64,000 nucleotides of DNA from Phoenicibacter sp. (GTDB lineage: Bacteria > Actinomycetota > Coriobacteriia > Coriobacteriales > Eggerthellaceae), in NCBI GenBank assembly GCA_045641605.1, contig JAZUHG010000017.1, positions 13,711 through 77,710 on the forward strand, in the 5' to 3' direction. Below are positions 1 to 12,384 of the stretch, one piece after another. The notes below the pieces were generated by a model, which ran no database searches, was not told where the DNA came from, and saw nothing but the letters and a program-made list of their open reading frames with translations. A program made the translations under genes and the position numbers. How positions within the stretch are numbered: the first letter of the stretch is position 1; the number at the start of each line of letters is the position of its first letter.

Positions 1-1
1 G

Positions 2-2069
<2,068 letters not shown>

Positions 2070-2099
<30 letters not shown>

Positions 2100-3929
2100 T
2101 AAACTTAATTTATATTTTTGAATGTTTTCTTCTAAGCCTTTTTCATCAAGATCATGAATTGTAAATAGAAAATTATTAAAAGTTATTATGTATTCGTGTT
2201 CGATGTTATAAGACAAGTTATATATCAACTTTAATGATAATGTCCTTCGAAAGTTGTCTTCTATATCGTTAAGATTTACGCCAACAGTTGTTTTAAACAC
2301 ACTTTGAGTCATCATTTTTGGGAAGTTGTCTCTAAATCGAATCAATACTTCGTCTTTGTTAATAATTATTTTTGCGTCAATTTTATTTTTAGCTATATCA
2401 TCGTCTTGGTATTTAGATATTAAATAAATACATTCTTCTACTATTAGATATATTCTTTTAGCTGTTAACTCATGTAGATTATTATCTTTGCAAAAGTTAG
2501 AAATTTGTTCGAAGACTTCATCTGCATTTTCCTTATTCTTGTGTTCTATCTTTAATATTGGATTGTGTTTAGTTACTAAGCATGTAGAAAAGTATAAGTC
2601 ATCATCACTTTTATGAAATGCTTTATCAAGCACAAGTGCAATAAGTGAAAATATGCATTGTATAACTTGTGCAACAGGTAAAGCCATAAGCACACCTACG
2701 ATACCAAACATATTCGAAAGTATATATCCCAGCAATACAGGGAAAATTAGATATCCCAAAATATTTAGAATTATTGGTGAAACATTGTGTTTTAAACTCT
2801 GAAGAATTTTTACACAAATCCTGAATATCGAAAAGAAAGGAAGATATATAGCAATTCAGAAGATTGCAGTTTTTGTAAACTCATATGTATCTGGATTTTG
2901 AGTATACATATAAGCAATGTTGTCAGAAAAGAATCCAATGAATAGTGAGATAGGCAATATAGCTACAGCAAGCATTTTAATAGCGCAGTTTAAAACTTTC
3001 CGACATTCCTTAAAGTCGCATTGTGAGCTATACATTCCAAACAAGACTAATACGCTTGTGCAAATTCCCGTAGATAATGTAGTAATAAAATTTCTAAAGT
3101 TCATTTGCATTGAAAAAGACGCCAATCCATGTACTGATTGATCGAAATTTAATATTAAACCGTTCATTAAAATAGGAAATATTAATAAACAAATTCCTAG
3201 AGTCATGTCCGGCATAGCTTGTTGAATTACTGGTCGAAGAAGTTCGAACTTAAGCTTTTTTGGCTTCAGATTAAATGTGTTATTTTTATTTAAGAAATGT
3301 ATTATTAATATTCCTACAGAAATATAATAGTTTAAACTATATATAATTCCAAGTCCCTCCAGGCCACCTTCTATAATTTCAAAATTTATAAAACATCCTG
3401 CAAAAGTCAGTAGAAGCATCGTTATGTACGACGTATAAACAAATTTGTGACCTCCTTGTAAAAGGGCAACTTGAGGTAGAACAAATGAAAGACAATATGC
3501 TGGGGTTCCAAGAACAATTAGTTTTAAATAACTCGATGTTTGCGGAAGTAAATGGGCAGCATTTCCTCTAGCTCCAAAGAAAACACAAATATCATCAGCA
3601 AATATATTTACAAGAATAATAATACTTATAGAAATAATTATTACTGTAACTAATGATATAAAGAATGAACCTTGAGCCTCTTTCTTTTTTCCCTTGCTTA
3701 AGAATGTTGCAACGGTAATTTGTGTTCCAGCCGAAAACATTGAGCCAATTATGTATTGAAAGTTAACATAATTTGTAGCTAGACCATATGCAGAAAATTC
3801 TTCAGTATCTAAATATTGTCCAATAAATATGCCTTGGATAAATGAAGTAGCTTGAATCGTAATCTCTACCAAGAAAACGGTAAGCATAAGAGATAGGAAT
3901 GCGCGTTTTGTAATATCTTTATTTTTCAT
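2070..3929 (-). CDS. MATE family efflux transporter with an extra ~170-aa cytoplasmic C-terminal domain
   Basis: ORFs 2856..3929 and 2070..2759 share a frame and are joined across one TGA (2854-2856). The bridging translation '...IAIYLPFFSIFRICVKILQSLKHNVSPIILNILGYLIFPVLLGY' is hydrophobic TM sequence. The N-terminal ~450 aa is a typical polytopic MATE. TAA stop at 2070-2072. Confidence 0.75.
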
Positions 3930-4006
3930 TGCTTATATTATATCTTTTCTCCTGAAAAATAATACAATTCATTGTCACGAATTATGTAAATATTAAAATT
4001 ATTACG

Positions 4007-4516
4007 TCAAATTTCAGCTTCTACTTCAGCTTTCATAAGTTTGCGACTTACTTCCATTGCGTGCGAAGTGTGATGCGAATTAATTGTTTCTTTACTTGAA
4101 CCATGAGCGACAATAAATACGCCACTAGTTTTTAGAAGTGAATAAACCTTATCTACAAGTTTTTGTTTATCTGTCAAGTGAGGGTAGACGTTATACATAA
4201 TTATTGTATCGAACTTCCTGTCAGTTTCTCACTGAAGTAAGTCATCACAAATGAAATTTTCGGACTTATGATTTTCTTTGGCAATTTTTATCATTTCTTC
4301 GGAGACATCTATGCCTGTGTAGCTTTTTAGCCCAGCTTTGTTTAGGGGTTCGTACAGAACTCCTGTGCCACAACCTACATCAAGTAGGTCTTTATCTTTA
4401 ATTTGAGATTTAAATTGCTTAACAATTTTTTTTGCGCCTTGCGCATCAGCATTTTTATCATCCCAAGTTGATGCAAGTGAATCAAAAAAGTCTTTTATTT
4501 TATTAATATTATCCAT
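4007..4516 (-). CDS. Class I SAM-dependent methyltransferase
   Basis: 'LLDVGCGTGVL' SAM-binding motif. ORFs 4229..4516 and 4007..4198 are in frame across TGA 4229-4231 ('DDLLQ W ETDRKFDTIIMYNVYPHL'). Confidence 0.7.
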
Positions 4517-5257
4517 TTATATTAGTTTGGCTGGCACTTCAAATATATCTTCAATTAGATCATTTTTAATAATTGATTTGTTTCCAGTCTTGATTACGTG
4601 TCCATTTTTCATAAAAATGAACTCATCAGCATAGATTTTAGCAAGTTTTAAGTCATGAATAACACAAATTATGCATTTATCTTTATCCTTAGTTATTTTT
4701 TTGAGAATAGAAAATAGCTCATGCTGCTTTTTCACATCAAGATTATTAGTTGGTTCATCCATTAACATTATTGGTGTGTTTTGAGCGAAGGCACGCGCAA
4801 TACTTACGCTTTGAAGTTCGCCTCCAGACAAATCACTTGTCATTTTTAGACTTAAATGATTTAAGTTAAACATATCAACAGCATGTGATGTGGCTTCGTA
4901 GTCTACCATTGATGGTGCGATGTTGATATATGGCTTTCTTCCTAGCAAAACAGAATCATAAACGCTTAGCGAATTTCCAATGTTTAACTGGGGGATATGA
5001 GAAATGATTTTTGCACGTTCTTTGTCTTTAAGGTCACGGATCGATGTATTTTTATAGATAATTTCGCCATGGTATGTCTTGTTAATATTGCTTATGCAAT
5101 TAAGAAGGGTAGATTTTCCACTTCCATTTTGACCTAGAATTGCATAAATTTTACCTTTATCAAAAGACAAGTTTGCATTGTTCAAATTAAACTTTGAATC
5201 TTTTTCGTATTTGAAATTTAGATTCTTAATTTGCAATATGTTTGCGGGTTTTGCCAT
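4517..5257 (-). CDS. ABC transporter ATP-binding protein (iron-siderophore/cobalamin FecE/FepC type)
   Basis: Walker A 'GQNGSGKST', signature 'LSGGELQ', Walker B 'IMLMDEPTNNLD'. Start is taken at 'MAKPANILQIKNL', with the ATG overlapping the permease stop by 1 nt (TAATG). Confidence 0.85.
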   Translation of the reverse strand: MAKPANILQIKNLNFKYEKDSKFNLNNANLSFDKGKIYAILGQNGSGKSTLLNCISNINKTYHGEIIYKNTSIRDLKDKERAKIISHIPQLNIGNSLSVYDSVLLGRKPYINIAPSMVDYEATSHAVDMFNLNHLSLKMTSDLSGGELQSVSIARAFAQNTPIMLMDEPTNNLDVKKQHELFSILKKITKDKDKCIICVIHDLKLAKIYADEFIFMKNGHVIKTGNKSIIKNDLIEDIFEVPAKLI

Positions 5258-6309
5258 TAATTTGCTTTCTTTATTAATATCCAAATAAATATTGGTGATC
5301 CTATAAAGCTTGTTATGGCTCCGATGGGAAGGACGGCACCAGGTAGAATAATTTGCGAAATTACATCGCTTAGTAGCAGTAAGCCAGCTCCGCAAAACGC
5401 ACTTGACGGGATTAAGTATTTGTAGTTTGAACCAACAAACCTTCTCATTATGTGTGGGGCAATCAATCCAATGAAGTTTATTGTCCCACAAAAAGCAGTT
5501 ACACATGATGCACCAAGTGCTGCAATTACCAAGTGGCGTAGCCTCGTCTTCGATACGTTGATTCCAACGCTGTGGGCTGTTATATCGCCGCACTCCAAAG
5601 CGTTTAGATTCATAGAACTAAAAAGTGAGTATAGCAAAACGCAGAGTAACATAATTGCCATGAATATCAAGTTGGGGTATGAGACTCCTTGTACGCTACC
5701 GAAAGTTCAAAATACAACTTCTGCTACTTGGGAACTATCAGCGAAGTATTCAATTAAGGCAACCAAGCCGCCAAAGAAAATTGACATGGCAATTCCGCAA
5801 AGAATGATGCTTGTTGCGTTAAACTTTCTCAATTTTGAAATTAAGAAAATTATTAATGTTGGAATAAGAGCAAATATGAATGCAAAAAGCACAACAGAAA
5901 TTGAAGTTCCAAATAAGCTTGCGCCAAAAACAATTGCTATACAAGCTCCACATGAGGCACCTTGTGAAACGCCAATTGTCGAAGGGGCAGCCAATGGATT
6001 GCCTAATGAACTTTGCAAAACACAACCACATACTCCCAGTATGCTTCCTGCCAACAGTGAACATAAAACATGAGGAATTCGAAGGTTGAATAAAACTACA
6101 TCTGCATTGGAGTTTGGATTTCCGGCAAGATTGTTAACTAATTCGAAAATATTTTGATTACTTGATCCAACTGATAAATCAACCAAAATCAAGATTATAG
6201 TTATGATTCCAACCGTAAAAAGAGCCCACCATTTTTTCTTTGTGAGCTTGTTGTAAACATGACTTATATCTGCATTAACAGAGATTGTTTTAGATGTTTG
6301 CTTTGCCAA
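5257..6309 (-). CDS. FecCD-family ABC permease (iron chelate/B12 uptake)
   Basis: ORFs 5707..6309 and 5257..5670 are in frame across TGA 5707-5709. The junction 'VVF W TFGSVQGVSYPQL' matches the conserved W-x-x-G-S motif of FecCD permeases. Polytopic throughout. Confidence 0.85.
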
Positions 6310-7378
6310 ATGTAATACCTCTTGCTTTTAGTTCTGGATATATGTCCTTACCTAAAAGAGTTTTAATAATTTCGCTATATTTTTGTTCCAGGTCAAGGTA
6401 TGCAAATTTGTCTGGGTAAAGCATTTTTGCTGTCATAAACATTTCACAAAGGCCATATTCTGAATTTGTTCCATTATTGTTAAATGTTCCCGCAACATAA
6501 ACATTCTTGTTTTTAAATGCTTTGAGATTAGCAAACACGTCAGGATTATTGTTCATGTCGTCTTTAACCTTATTAATGTTTGTGCAGTCAAGAACAATAT
6601 AGTCTGGGTTTCAGCTAAGAATTTGTTCCAGGCTTGTGTCGTAGGCGCCTTCGAAATCTGGAATATCAGAAACGCTATTTGCCTTTATAGCTTGATATAC
6701 AGAAAAATTCGATATAGTTCCTGTTATGCCTTTTGAGCCTTTATAATTAATGGCGCCACGATAAATACTAGCTGTATCACCAAGGCATACATTTGAGACT
6801 TCGCTATAAATTTTATTTAGCCTGCCAAGTAAAATATTGGCAGTTTCATCGGTATCAGTTGCCCTAGCTACTATTTGTATCGATTCTCATAGACTCGTTT
6901 GCAATATTTCATTAAGAGTGGACACTCCAACTACAGGAATTTTAGTCTTTTCTTCTAAGTCATCACATTCTTCTGCACTTCTGGAAGAAATAATGATATC
7001 TGGTTGAATTTCTATAAGTTTTTCAGTGTCTACATCAATTTCGTTTATATGATTTCCGTTGTTTGTAGTAGGCAGTGATGAGAATAGCTCAGGATTTACC
7101 AAGGTATAAGGACGAAGTTCAGTAGGTCTGTCCATTTCAGTTATGGCGCATAGTTTATCGATAGCACCTGCATAAACAACCAACCTGGTTGCGCTTCCCA
7201 CAGTTGCAACTCTTTCAACATTTTTAGGGATTGGTACGTCTCTTCCGTATGAATCTATAATGTAATTTTTATATTTCTCTCTGTCTCTAATACCGCAAGA
7301 ATACATAGGGAAACACATCGCACAAATTAGCAGTCCAGAAAGTGCGAAAAACATTAATCTTTTTGAAATTTTTAGCAT
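6290..7378 (-). CDS. ABC substrate-binding lipoprotein (periplasmic binding protein, FhuD/BtuF-like)
   Basis: Signal peptide plus lipobox '...CFPMYSCG'. I translated 6557-6886 by hand: the frame is open with 2 TGA (6887-6889, 6611-6613), e.g. 'ILS W NPDYIVLD'. It overlaps the permease start by 20 nt. Confidence 0.8.
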
Positions 7379-7456
7379 GAGCTTATTTTAGCATTTTTAT
7401 ATCTTTCTTTTTCTAATAACTGGACTTATCTAAATAATGTTAAATTGCTTGATTGG

Positions 7457-7464
7457 TGTATAAT
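7457..7464 (+). promoter_or_regulatory. Possible extended -10 element (TGTATAAT) for ispG
   Basis: TGTATAAT ends 7 nt before the ispG ATG (7472), and there is no purine-rich SD in between. No convincing -35 was seen. Confidence 0.25.
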
Positions 7465-7471
7465 TTTGCGC

Positions 7472-8533
7472 ATGGACAAAATTAGAAATACTTATACGGT
7501 AAACGTTGGTGATATAAAGATTGGCAGTACGAATCCAGTTGTTGTTCAAAGCATGTGTAGTGCTCCTGCTGAGGATTTTAATAAAAATCTCGATCAAATC
7601 AAACAATTGAATGAGGCAGGCTGCGAGCTTGTACGTGTCAGTGTGCCTTCGCAGACTGCTTTAAAGTGTTTCGAAAAACTATGCAAGATAAGTTCAGTTC
7701 CGCTAATTGCTGATATTCATTTTCGTCCTGACCTTGCCATAAGGGCTATCGAAGCAGGGGCTTCGAAGATCAGGATTAATCCTGGTAACCTTGGTGGTCT
7801 GGATAAAACCGATGAGATTATTAAAGTTGCCTCGAGCCACAAGGTTCCAATTAGGATTGGTGTGAATGCCGGCTCTTTAGAGGACGATCTTAAAGCCAGG
7901 GAAGATATGTCGTTGGCAGAAAAACTTGCGGTATCTGCCAAAAGATATGTTGATTATTTTAATGAGCATAATTTTAGGGATATTGTTGTTTCCTTGAAGG
8001 CTCATGATGTCAATACATGCGTTGAAGCTAATAGAGAATTTGCAAATCTTATGCCTCAAGTTCCTCTTCATCTTGGTATTACAGAGGCTGGAACTAAAGA
8101 TCAAGGCATTATCAAATCTGCTGCTGGTCTTGGTATTTTACTTAGCGAGGGAATTGGTGATACCATTCGCATTTCCCTAACCGATAACCCAGTCGAAGAA
8201 GTAAAGGCGTGTTATTCATTGCTTAGTGCGCTAGATTTGCGTAGGGTTCATCCTGAGATTATTTCATGTCCTACTTGTGGCCGTACTAAGGTTGATTTAA
8301 TCAAAATTGCAAATGAAGTAGAGTCAAAAATTTCTAACATTAAAGCTCCAATTAAGGTCGCTGTAATGGGATGCGTTGTTAATGGTCCAGGAGAGGCCGA
8401 AGGCGCAGACATCGGCGTTGCATGTGAGCTTGGTGGTGGGTCTATTTTCAAGCAAGGTAAAGTTATTCGAAAAGTAAAGGAAAATGAAATAGTTCCTGCA
8501 TTGCTAGAAGAAATTAGTAAAATAGTCGACTAA
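7472..8533 (+). CDS. ispG: 4-hydroxy-3-methylbut-2-en-1-yl diphosphate synthase (MEP pathway)
   Basis: 'IGSTNPVVVQSM', 'IRINPGN', and the C-terminal Cys cluster 'SCPTCGRT...VMGCVVNGPGEA' are typical GcpE/IspG. Start is placed at the first ATG (MDKIRNTY). Confidence 0.9.
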   Translation: MDKIRNTYTVNVGDIKIGSTNPVVVQSMCSAPAEDFNKNLDQIKQLNEAGCELVRVSVPSQTALKCFEKLCKISSVPLIADIHFRPDLAIRAIEAGASKIRINPGNLGGLDKTDEIIKVASSHKVPIRIGVNAGSLEDDLKAREDMSLAEKLAVSAKRYVDYFNEHNFRDIVVSLKAHDVNTCVEANREFANLMPQVPLHLGITEAGTKDQGIIKSAAGLGILLSEGIGDTIRISLTDNPVEEVKACYSLLSALDLRRVHPEIISCPTCGRTKVDLIKIANEVESKISNIKAPIKVAVMGCVVNGPGEAEGADIGVACELGGGSIFKQGKVIRKVKENEIVPALLEEISKIVD

Positions 8534-8548
8534 CGATGAAAGGTTGCT

Positions 8549-9820
8549 ATGAATAAGATTATCAAAATGAGTGAAATGTATGTTCCAACATGCAAGGAAA
8601 TTCCTTCCGAGGCTGAAATTGCTAGTCATAAATTAATGCTTAAAGCTGGTTTTATTCGTAAAACTGCAAGTGGTGTTTATACTTTTTTGCCTTTGGCAAA
8701 GCGTGTTTTGGAAAAAATCGAAGATATTATTCGCGATGAAATGGACGCTACTGGTGCTCAAGAAATTTTGATGCCCGCATTGCAGCCTGCCGAACTTTGG
8801 CATGAGAGTGGCCGTTGGAATGACTATGGCCCAGAACTTATGCGCTTAAAAGATAGGCATGAGCATGATTTTTGCCTTGGACCTACACATGAGGAAGTTA
8901 TAACTTCGCTTGTTCGCAATGAGCTAAAGTCGTACAAACAGCTTCCTACAACTTTATACCAAATTCAAGTTAAGTTTAGGGATGAGATTCGTCCTCGCTT
9001 CGGACTTTTGCGAGGTCGTGAATTTTTAATGAAAGACGCATACAGTTTTCATAGCAGCCAAGAAGATCTGGACAAGATGTATGCTCGCATGATGAAGGCT
9101 TATGAGAACATTTGTGAGCGATGCGGTTTGGAATACCGTGCTGTTGAGGCTGACAGTGGCCAAATTGGTGGAAGTGTTACTTGCGAATATATGGCTTTGG
9201 CTGAAAATGGCGAATCTGACATTGCCTTTTGTGATTGTGGTTTCGCAACTGATACCGAAGTTCTTCTAAACGGCGAAGAACCTGCCGAAGACCAGGAATA
9301 CATCTGTCCTAAGTGTGGCAAAAAATGCAAAACTGCTAGGGGTATTGAGGTTTCTCAAGTCTTTCAGTTGGGTACTAAATATTCGGAAGCCATGAATGTT
9401 AATTATGTTGGTGAAGATGGCAAAGAGCATCCTTTTATTATGGGTTGCTATGGTGTTGGAATTACTCGACTCATGGCTGCTGCAATTGAACAATGGAATG
9501 ATGAAAATGGAATGATCTGGCATCATAACATTGCACCTGCAGAAGTTTGCTTGATTCAATTAACTGACAATACCGAAGTCCAGGATAAAATTGTAAAAGG
9601 CCTTACAGATAAAGGTTTGCAAGTTTGCATTGATGATAGGGATGAGCGTGCTGGATTTAAGTTTGCAGATGCCGATTTAATTGGATGGCCATTCCAAATT
9701 GTTCTTGGAAACAAGAGCCTTGATAAGGGCAATGTTGAGCTTAAGATTCGAAAAACTGGTGAGCGTAGCGAAGTCGCTGTTGATAAAATTGTCGATGAGA
9801 TTGAAAAACTCTGCAAATAA
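8549..9820 (+). CDS. proS: Proline--tRNA ligase, short bacterial type lacking the INS editing domain
   Basis: Class II motifs ('FRDEIRPRFGLLRGREFLMKDAYSFH', 'GCYGVGITRL') and a C-terminal anticodon-binding domain. Only 423 aa, with a Cys-x-Cys...Cys-x-x-Cys mini-insert where INS normally sits. Confidence 0.9.
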   Translation: MNKIIKMSEMYVPTCKEIPSEAEIASHKLMLKAGFIRKTASGVYTFLPLAKRVLEKIEDIIRDEMDATGAQEILMPALQPAELWHESGRWNDYGPELMRLKDRHEHDFCLGPTHEEVITSLVRNELKSYKQLPTTLYQIQVKFRDEIRPRFGLLRGREFLMKDAYSFHSSQEDLDKMYARMMKAYENICERCGLEYRAVEADSGQIGGSVTCEYMALAENGESDIAFCDCGFATDTEVLLNGEEPAEDQEYICPKCGKKCKTARGIEVSQVFQLGTKYSEAMNVNYVGEDGKEHPFIMGCYGVGITRLMAAAIEQWNDENGMIWHHNIAPAEVCLIQLTDNTEVQDKIVKGLTDKGLQVCIDDRDERAGFKFADADLIGWPFQIVLGNKSLDKGNVELKIRKTGERSEVAVDKIVDEIEKLCK

Positions 9821-10467
9821 TGTCTGAGATTAAAGCAATATTATTTGATAATGATGGCACTGTGGCAGACACAGAAGAAGCCATATTGATATCTTTTCGA
9901 TATATGCTTGAAAAAGTTTTGGGCAAATGCTCGGATGCAGATGTTGAGAAGTTTAAAACTTTAATTGGCCTTCCTTCCTACGATCAATTTAAGGAATTTT
10001 CTAGTGACGAAGATAAGATCCAAGAAATGCTTAATACTTATAGAGCTCATAACAATAACATTCTGGACGACTATCAAAAGAATTTCGAAGGTCTTCCAGA
10101 AGTTTTAGAAGAACTTTATAACCAGGGTTATTATCTTGGTATTGTCACTTCGAAAAAGCACGACACTTGCGTTCATGGCTTACAAACTTTAGGGATAGAT
10201 AAATTCTTTAAATATGTTCAAGGTCCCGATGATTGGGATGTTCATAAGCCTAATCCAGGTGCACTTACACATGCTTGTGAAGTTATAGGCTTTACTCCTG
10301 CTGAGACTTTATATGTTGGTGATAGCACATATGACTTAAAAGCAGGCAATGGAGCAGGTTGTAAGACTTGTGCTGTTCTTTGGGGTGTCTTTCCTCGAGA
10401 GCCTTTGGCTGCCGAAAACCCAGATTACATTATCTCTAAGCCTTCTGAGTTATTAGAAATTCTCTAG
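9820..10467 (+). CDS. HAD-superfamily phosphatase (PpaX/phosphoglycolate phosphatase-like)
   Basis: 'ILFDNDGTVADT' motif I, 'VTSK' motif II, 'YVGDSTYDLKAGNGAG' motif III. The ATG overlaps the proS TAA (TAATG). Confidence 0.75.
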   Translation: MSEIKAILFDNDGTVADTEEAILISFRYMLEKVLGKCSDADVEKFKTLIGLPSYDQFKEFSSDEDKIQEMLNTYRAHNNNILDDYQKNFEGLPEVLEELYNQGYYLGIVTSKKHDTCVHGLQTLGIDKFFKYVQGPDDWDVHKPNPGALTHACEVIGFTPAETLYVGDSTYDLKAGNGAGCKTCAVLWGVFPREPLAAENPDYIISKPSELLEIL

Positions 10468-10858
10468 AATTCTCATCAATTTTTTTGATTTCAATTCAAA
10501 TCGCGTCTTCTGGCATTTGATTTTTGAATTTTTCTGCCCATTCGATGAAGGTTATAGCCTCGTCTTCGATAGCTTCATAAAAGCCAATATCTTCAAGATC
10601 TTCAGCCTTTTCAAGTCGATATAGGTCGAAGTGGTTTAGGGTAGCGTTGTCACTTTTATATTGAAGCTGAATATTAAATGTGGGACTTTGAACTTGGTCT
10701 TTAATCCCAAGAGCTTCACCTATATATTTAACGAAAGTAGTCTTGCCAGCACCCAGATCGCCAGTGAGGCAAACAATAGTTCCAGGATTTAATTGCCTAC
10801 AAAACTCATTTGTAAATCCTTTAAGTTCTTCTAGATTGTTTATTCTAATTATGTCCAT
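10436..10858 (-). CDS. tsaE: tRNA threonylcarbamoyladenosine biosynthesis ATPase TsaE
   Basis: 'LTGDLGAGKTTFVK' P-loop and 'HFDLYRL'. The apparent stop at 10496-10498 is TGA. Reading it as Trp adds 'WIEIKKIDENSREFLITQKA', which restores a normal TsaE C-terminus and ends at TAG 10436-10438. Confidence 0.8.
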
Positions 10859-10860
10859 AG

Positions 10861-10887
10861 AAAGGAAGAGCCCCTTTCGGGGCTCTT
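10861..10887 (-). terminator. Stem-loop after the permease gene (possible intrinsic terminator)
   Basis: 9-bp GC-rich stem aagagcccc/ggggctctt with a 4-nt loop, 4 nt after the permease TAA. On the minus strand it is followed by cttccttt, a modest U-tract. Confidence 0.45.
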
Positions 10888-10890
10888 AAA

Positions 10891-12219
10891 TTAAAATCCG
10901 ATTGTGTAGAAACGAACTACCATGTATACGGCAGCAATTGCTACTGTGACCAACATCATCGGGAAGCCAACCTTCGTAAATTGCATAAACGTGATTGGAT
11001 AACCATTCTTCTTTGCAATATCGGAAAGTACAACATTAGCACTTGCACCAATGAGAGTTCCATTACCACCAAGACAAGCACCAAGCGATACTGCCCATCA
11101 CAGAGGCATGATATTATCGATAGTTCCTTGCATTGCAGCAATAATTGGAAGCATAGTTGCACAGTATGGAATGTTGTCAAGGAATGCCGAAATAACGGCT
11201 GAACCAAAGAGCAAAACTAACATTAGAACAAATACATCGCCACCTGTTACATCAATTAAAGCTTGAGCTAGCATTGCAATAACGCCGGTTTCTTTTAGAG
11301 CACCAACGATTACAAATAGACCTGCAAAGAATGTAAGAGTTGTCCATTCTACGTCAAGCAATGCTTTTTCTACGCTGCAACGTGAAAGAAGCAGCATTAC
11401 ACCAGCAGCACTCATTGCGATGATGCTTGATTTTAGACCTAATGTGTCATGGATCATAAAGAAAACAATTACCAAGAAAATCATAATAACGCTTAGTGTC
11501 ATTAGGTATTTGCTCTTGATTTCTTTATTGGCATCCATTGTACGAATTTTTGCTCTGTCGTCTTCATGTACTTCCATTTTACGGCCATACATAAAGTAGA
11601 ACATTACAATTACAACAATTAGGATTATTACAACGCATGGTGCATCAACCATGATGAAGTCTGCAAATGATAAGTTAGCTGCAGAACCAATCATAATGTT
11701 AGGTGGGTCACCAATTAACGTAGCTGTACCACCAATATTAGATGCCAATATTTGTGTTAGAAAGAATGGCACTGGGTTTTGCTTCATTAATTTGCAAATT
11801 GTAAGTGTCATTGGTCCAATTAATAATACTGTTGTTACATTGTCTAAAAATGCTGAAAGAACAGCTGTTAGAATAACGAAAAGCATCATAACTCTTCACG
11901 CTCTACCTTGAGCAATTCTTGCGCATTTAATAGCTAGGTATTCGAAAATACCAGATTGCTTTACAACAGCAACAAATAGCATCATTCCGAACAAAACACC
12001 CAGCGTATTGAGGTCGATGATTGAATCAATTGGTACTGATTCAGCTACGGCTTCGGCGCCTTCGGGGTCTGTAAAGGTTACAAGACCAAAGATAATGACC
12101 AGCATAGCACCAACAATCGCAACAACAGAGCGGTGAATTTTTTCGCTCATGATGATAACCATTGCAATTACGAAGATAGCAATAGCTGCTCATTGCACAA
12201 CAGTTAAACCTAAAAACAT
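10891..12219 (-). CDS. ArsB/NhaD-superfamily anion permease (YbiR/citrate-transporter-like)
   Basis: Three TGA (near 12190, 11896-11898, 11098-11100) join the fragments. 'LSAFLDNVTTVLL' and the repeated 'ISAFLDNIP' are typical of this duplicated fold. GAGGAG SD sits upstream of ATG 12219. TAA at 10891-10893. Confidence 0.75.
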
Positions 12220-12384
12220 AATTTCTCCTCTGATTAGCTCAACGCGTGAGATTATAACAAAAGATTACAGAAATTTTATGATTATATTTTTGGGTCATTT
12301 GCTGGTGATTTATGCGATAATATGCGGTTGCGCTCAAAATGAAAAAGCGCATATTGGTTATTGTGAATATAGGAAGTGAATTAG

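Noticed and set aside
5450-6073. 207-aa plus-strand ORF
   Set aside because: It lies antisense within the FecCD permease gene, with no motifs. This is a typical shadow ORF.
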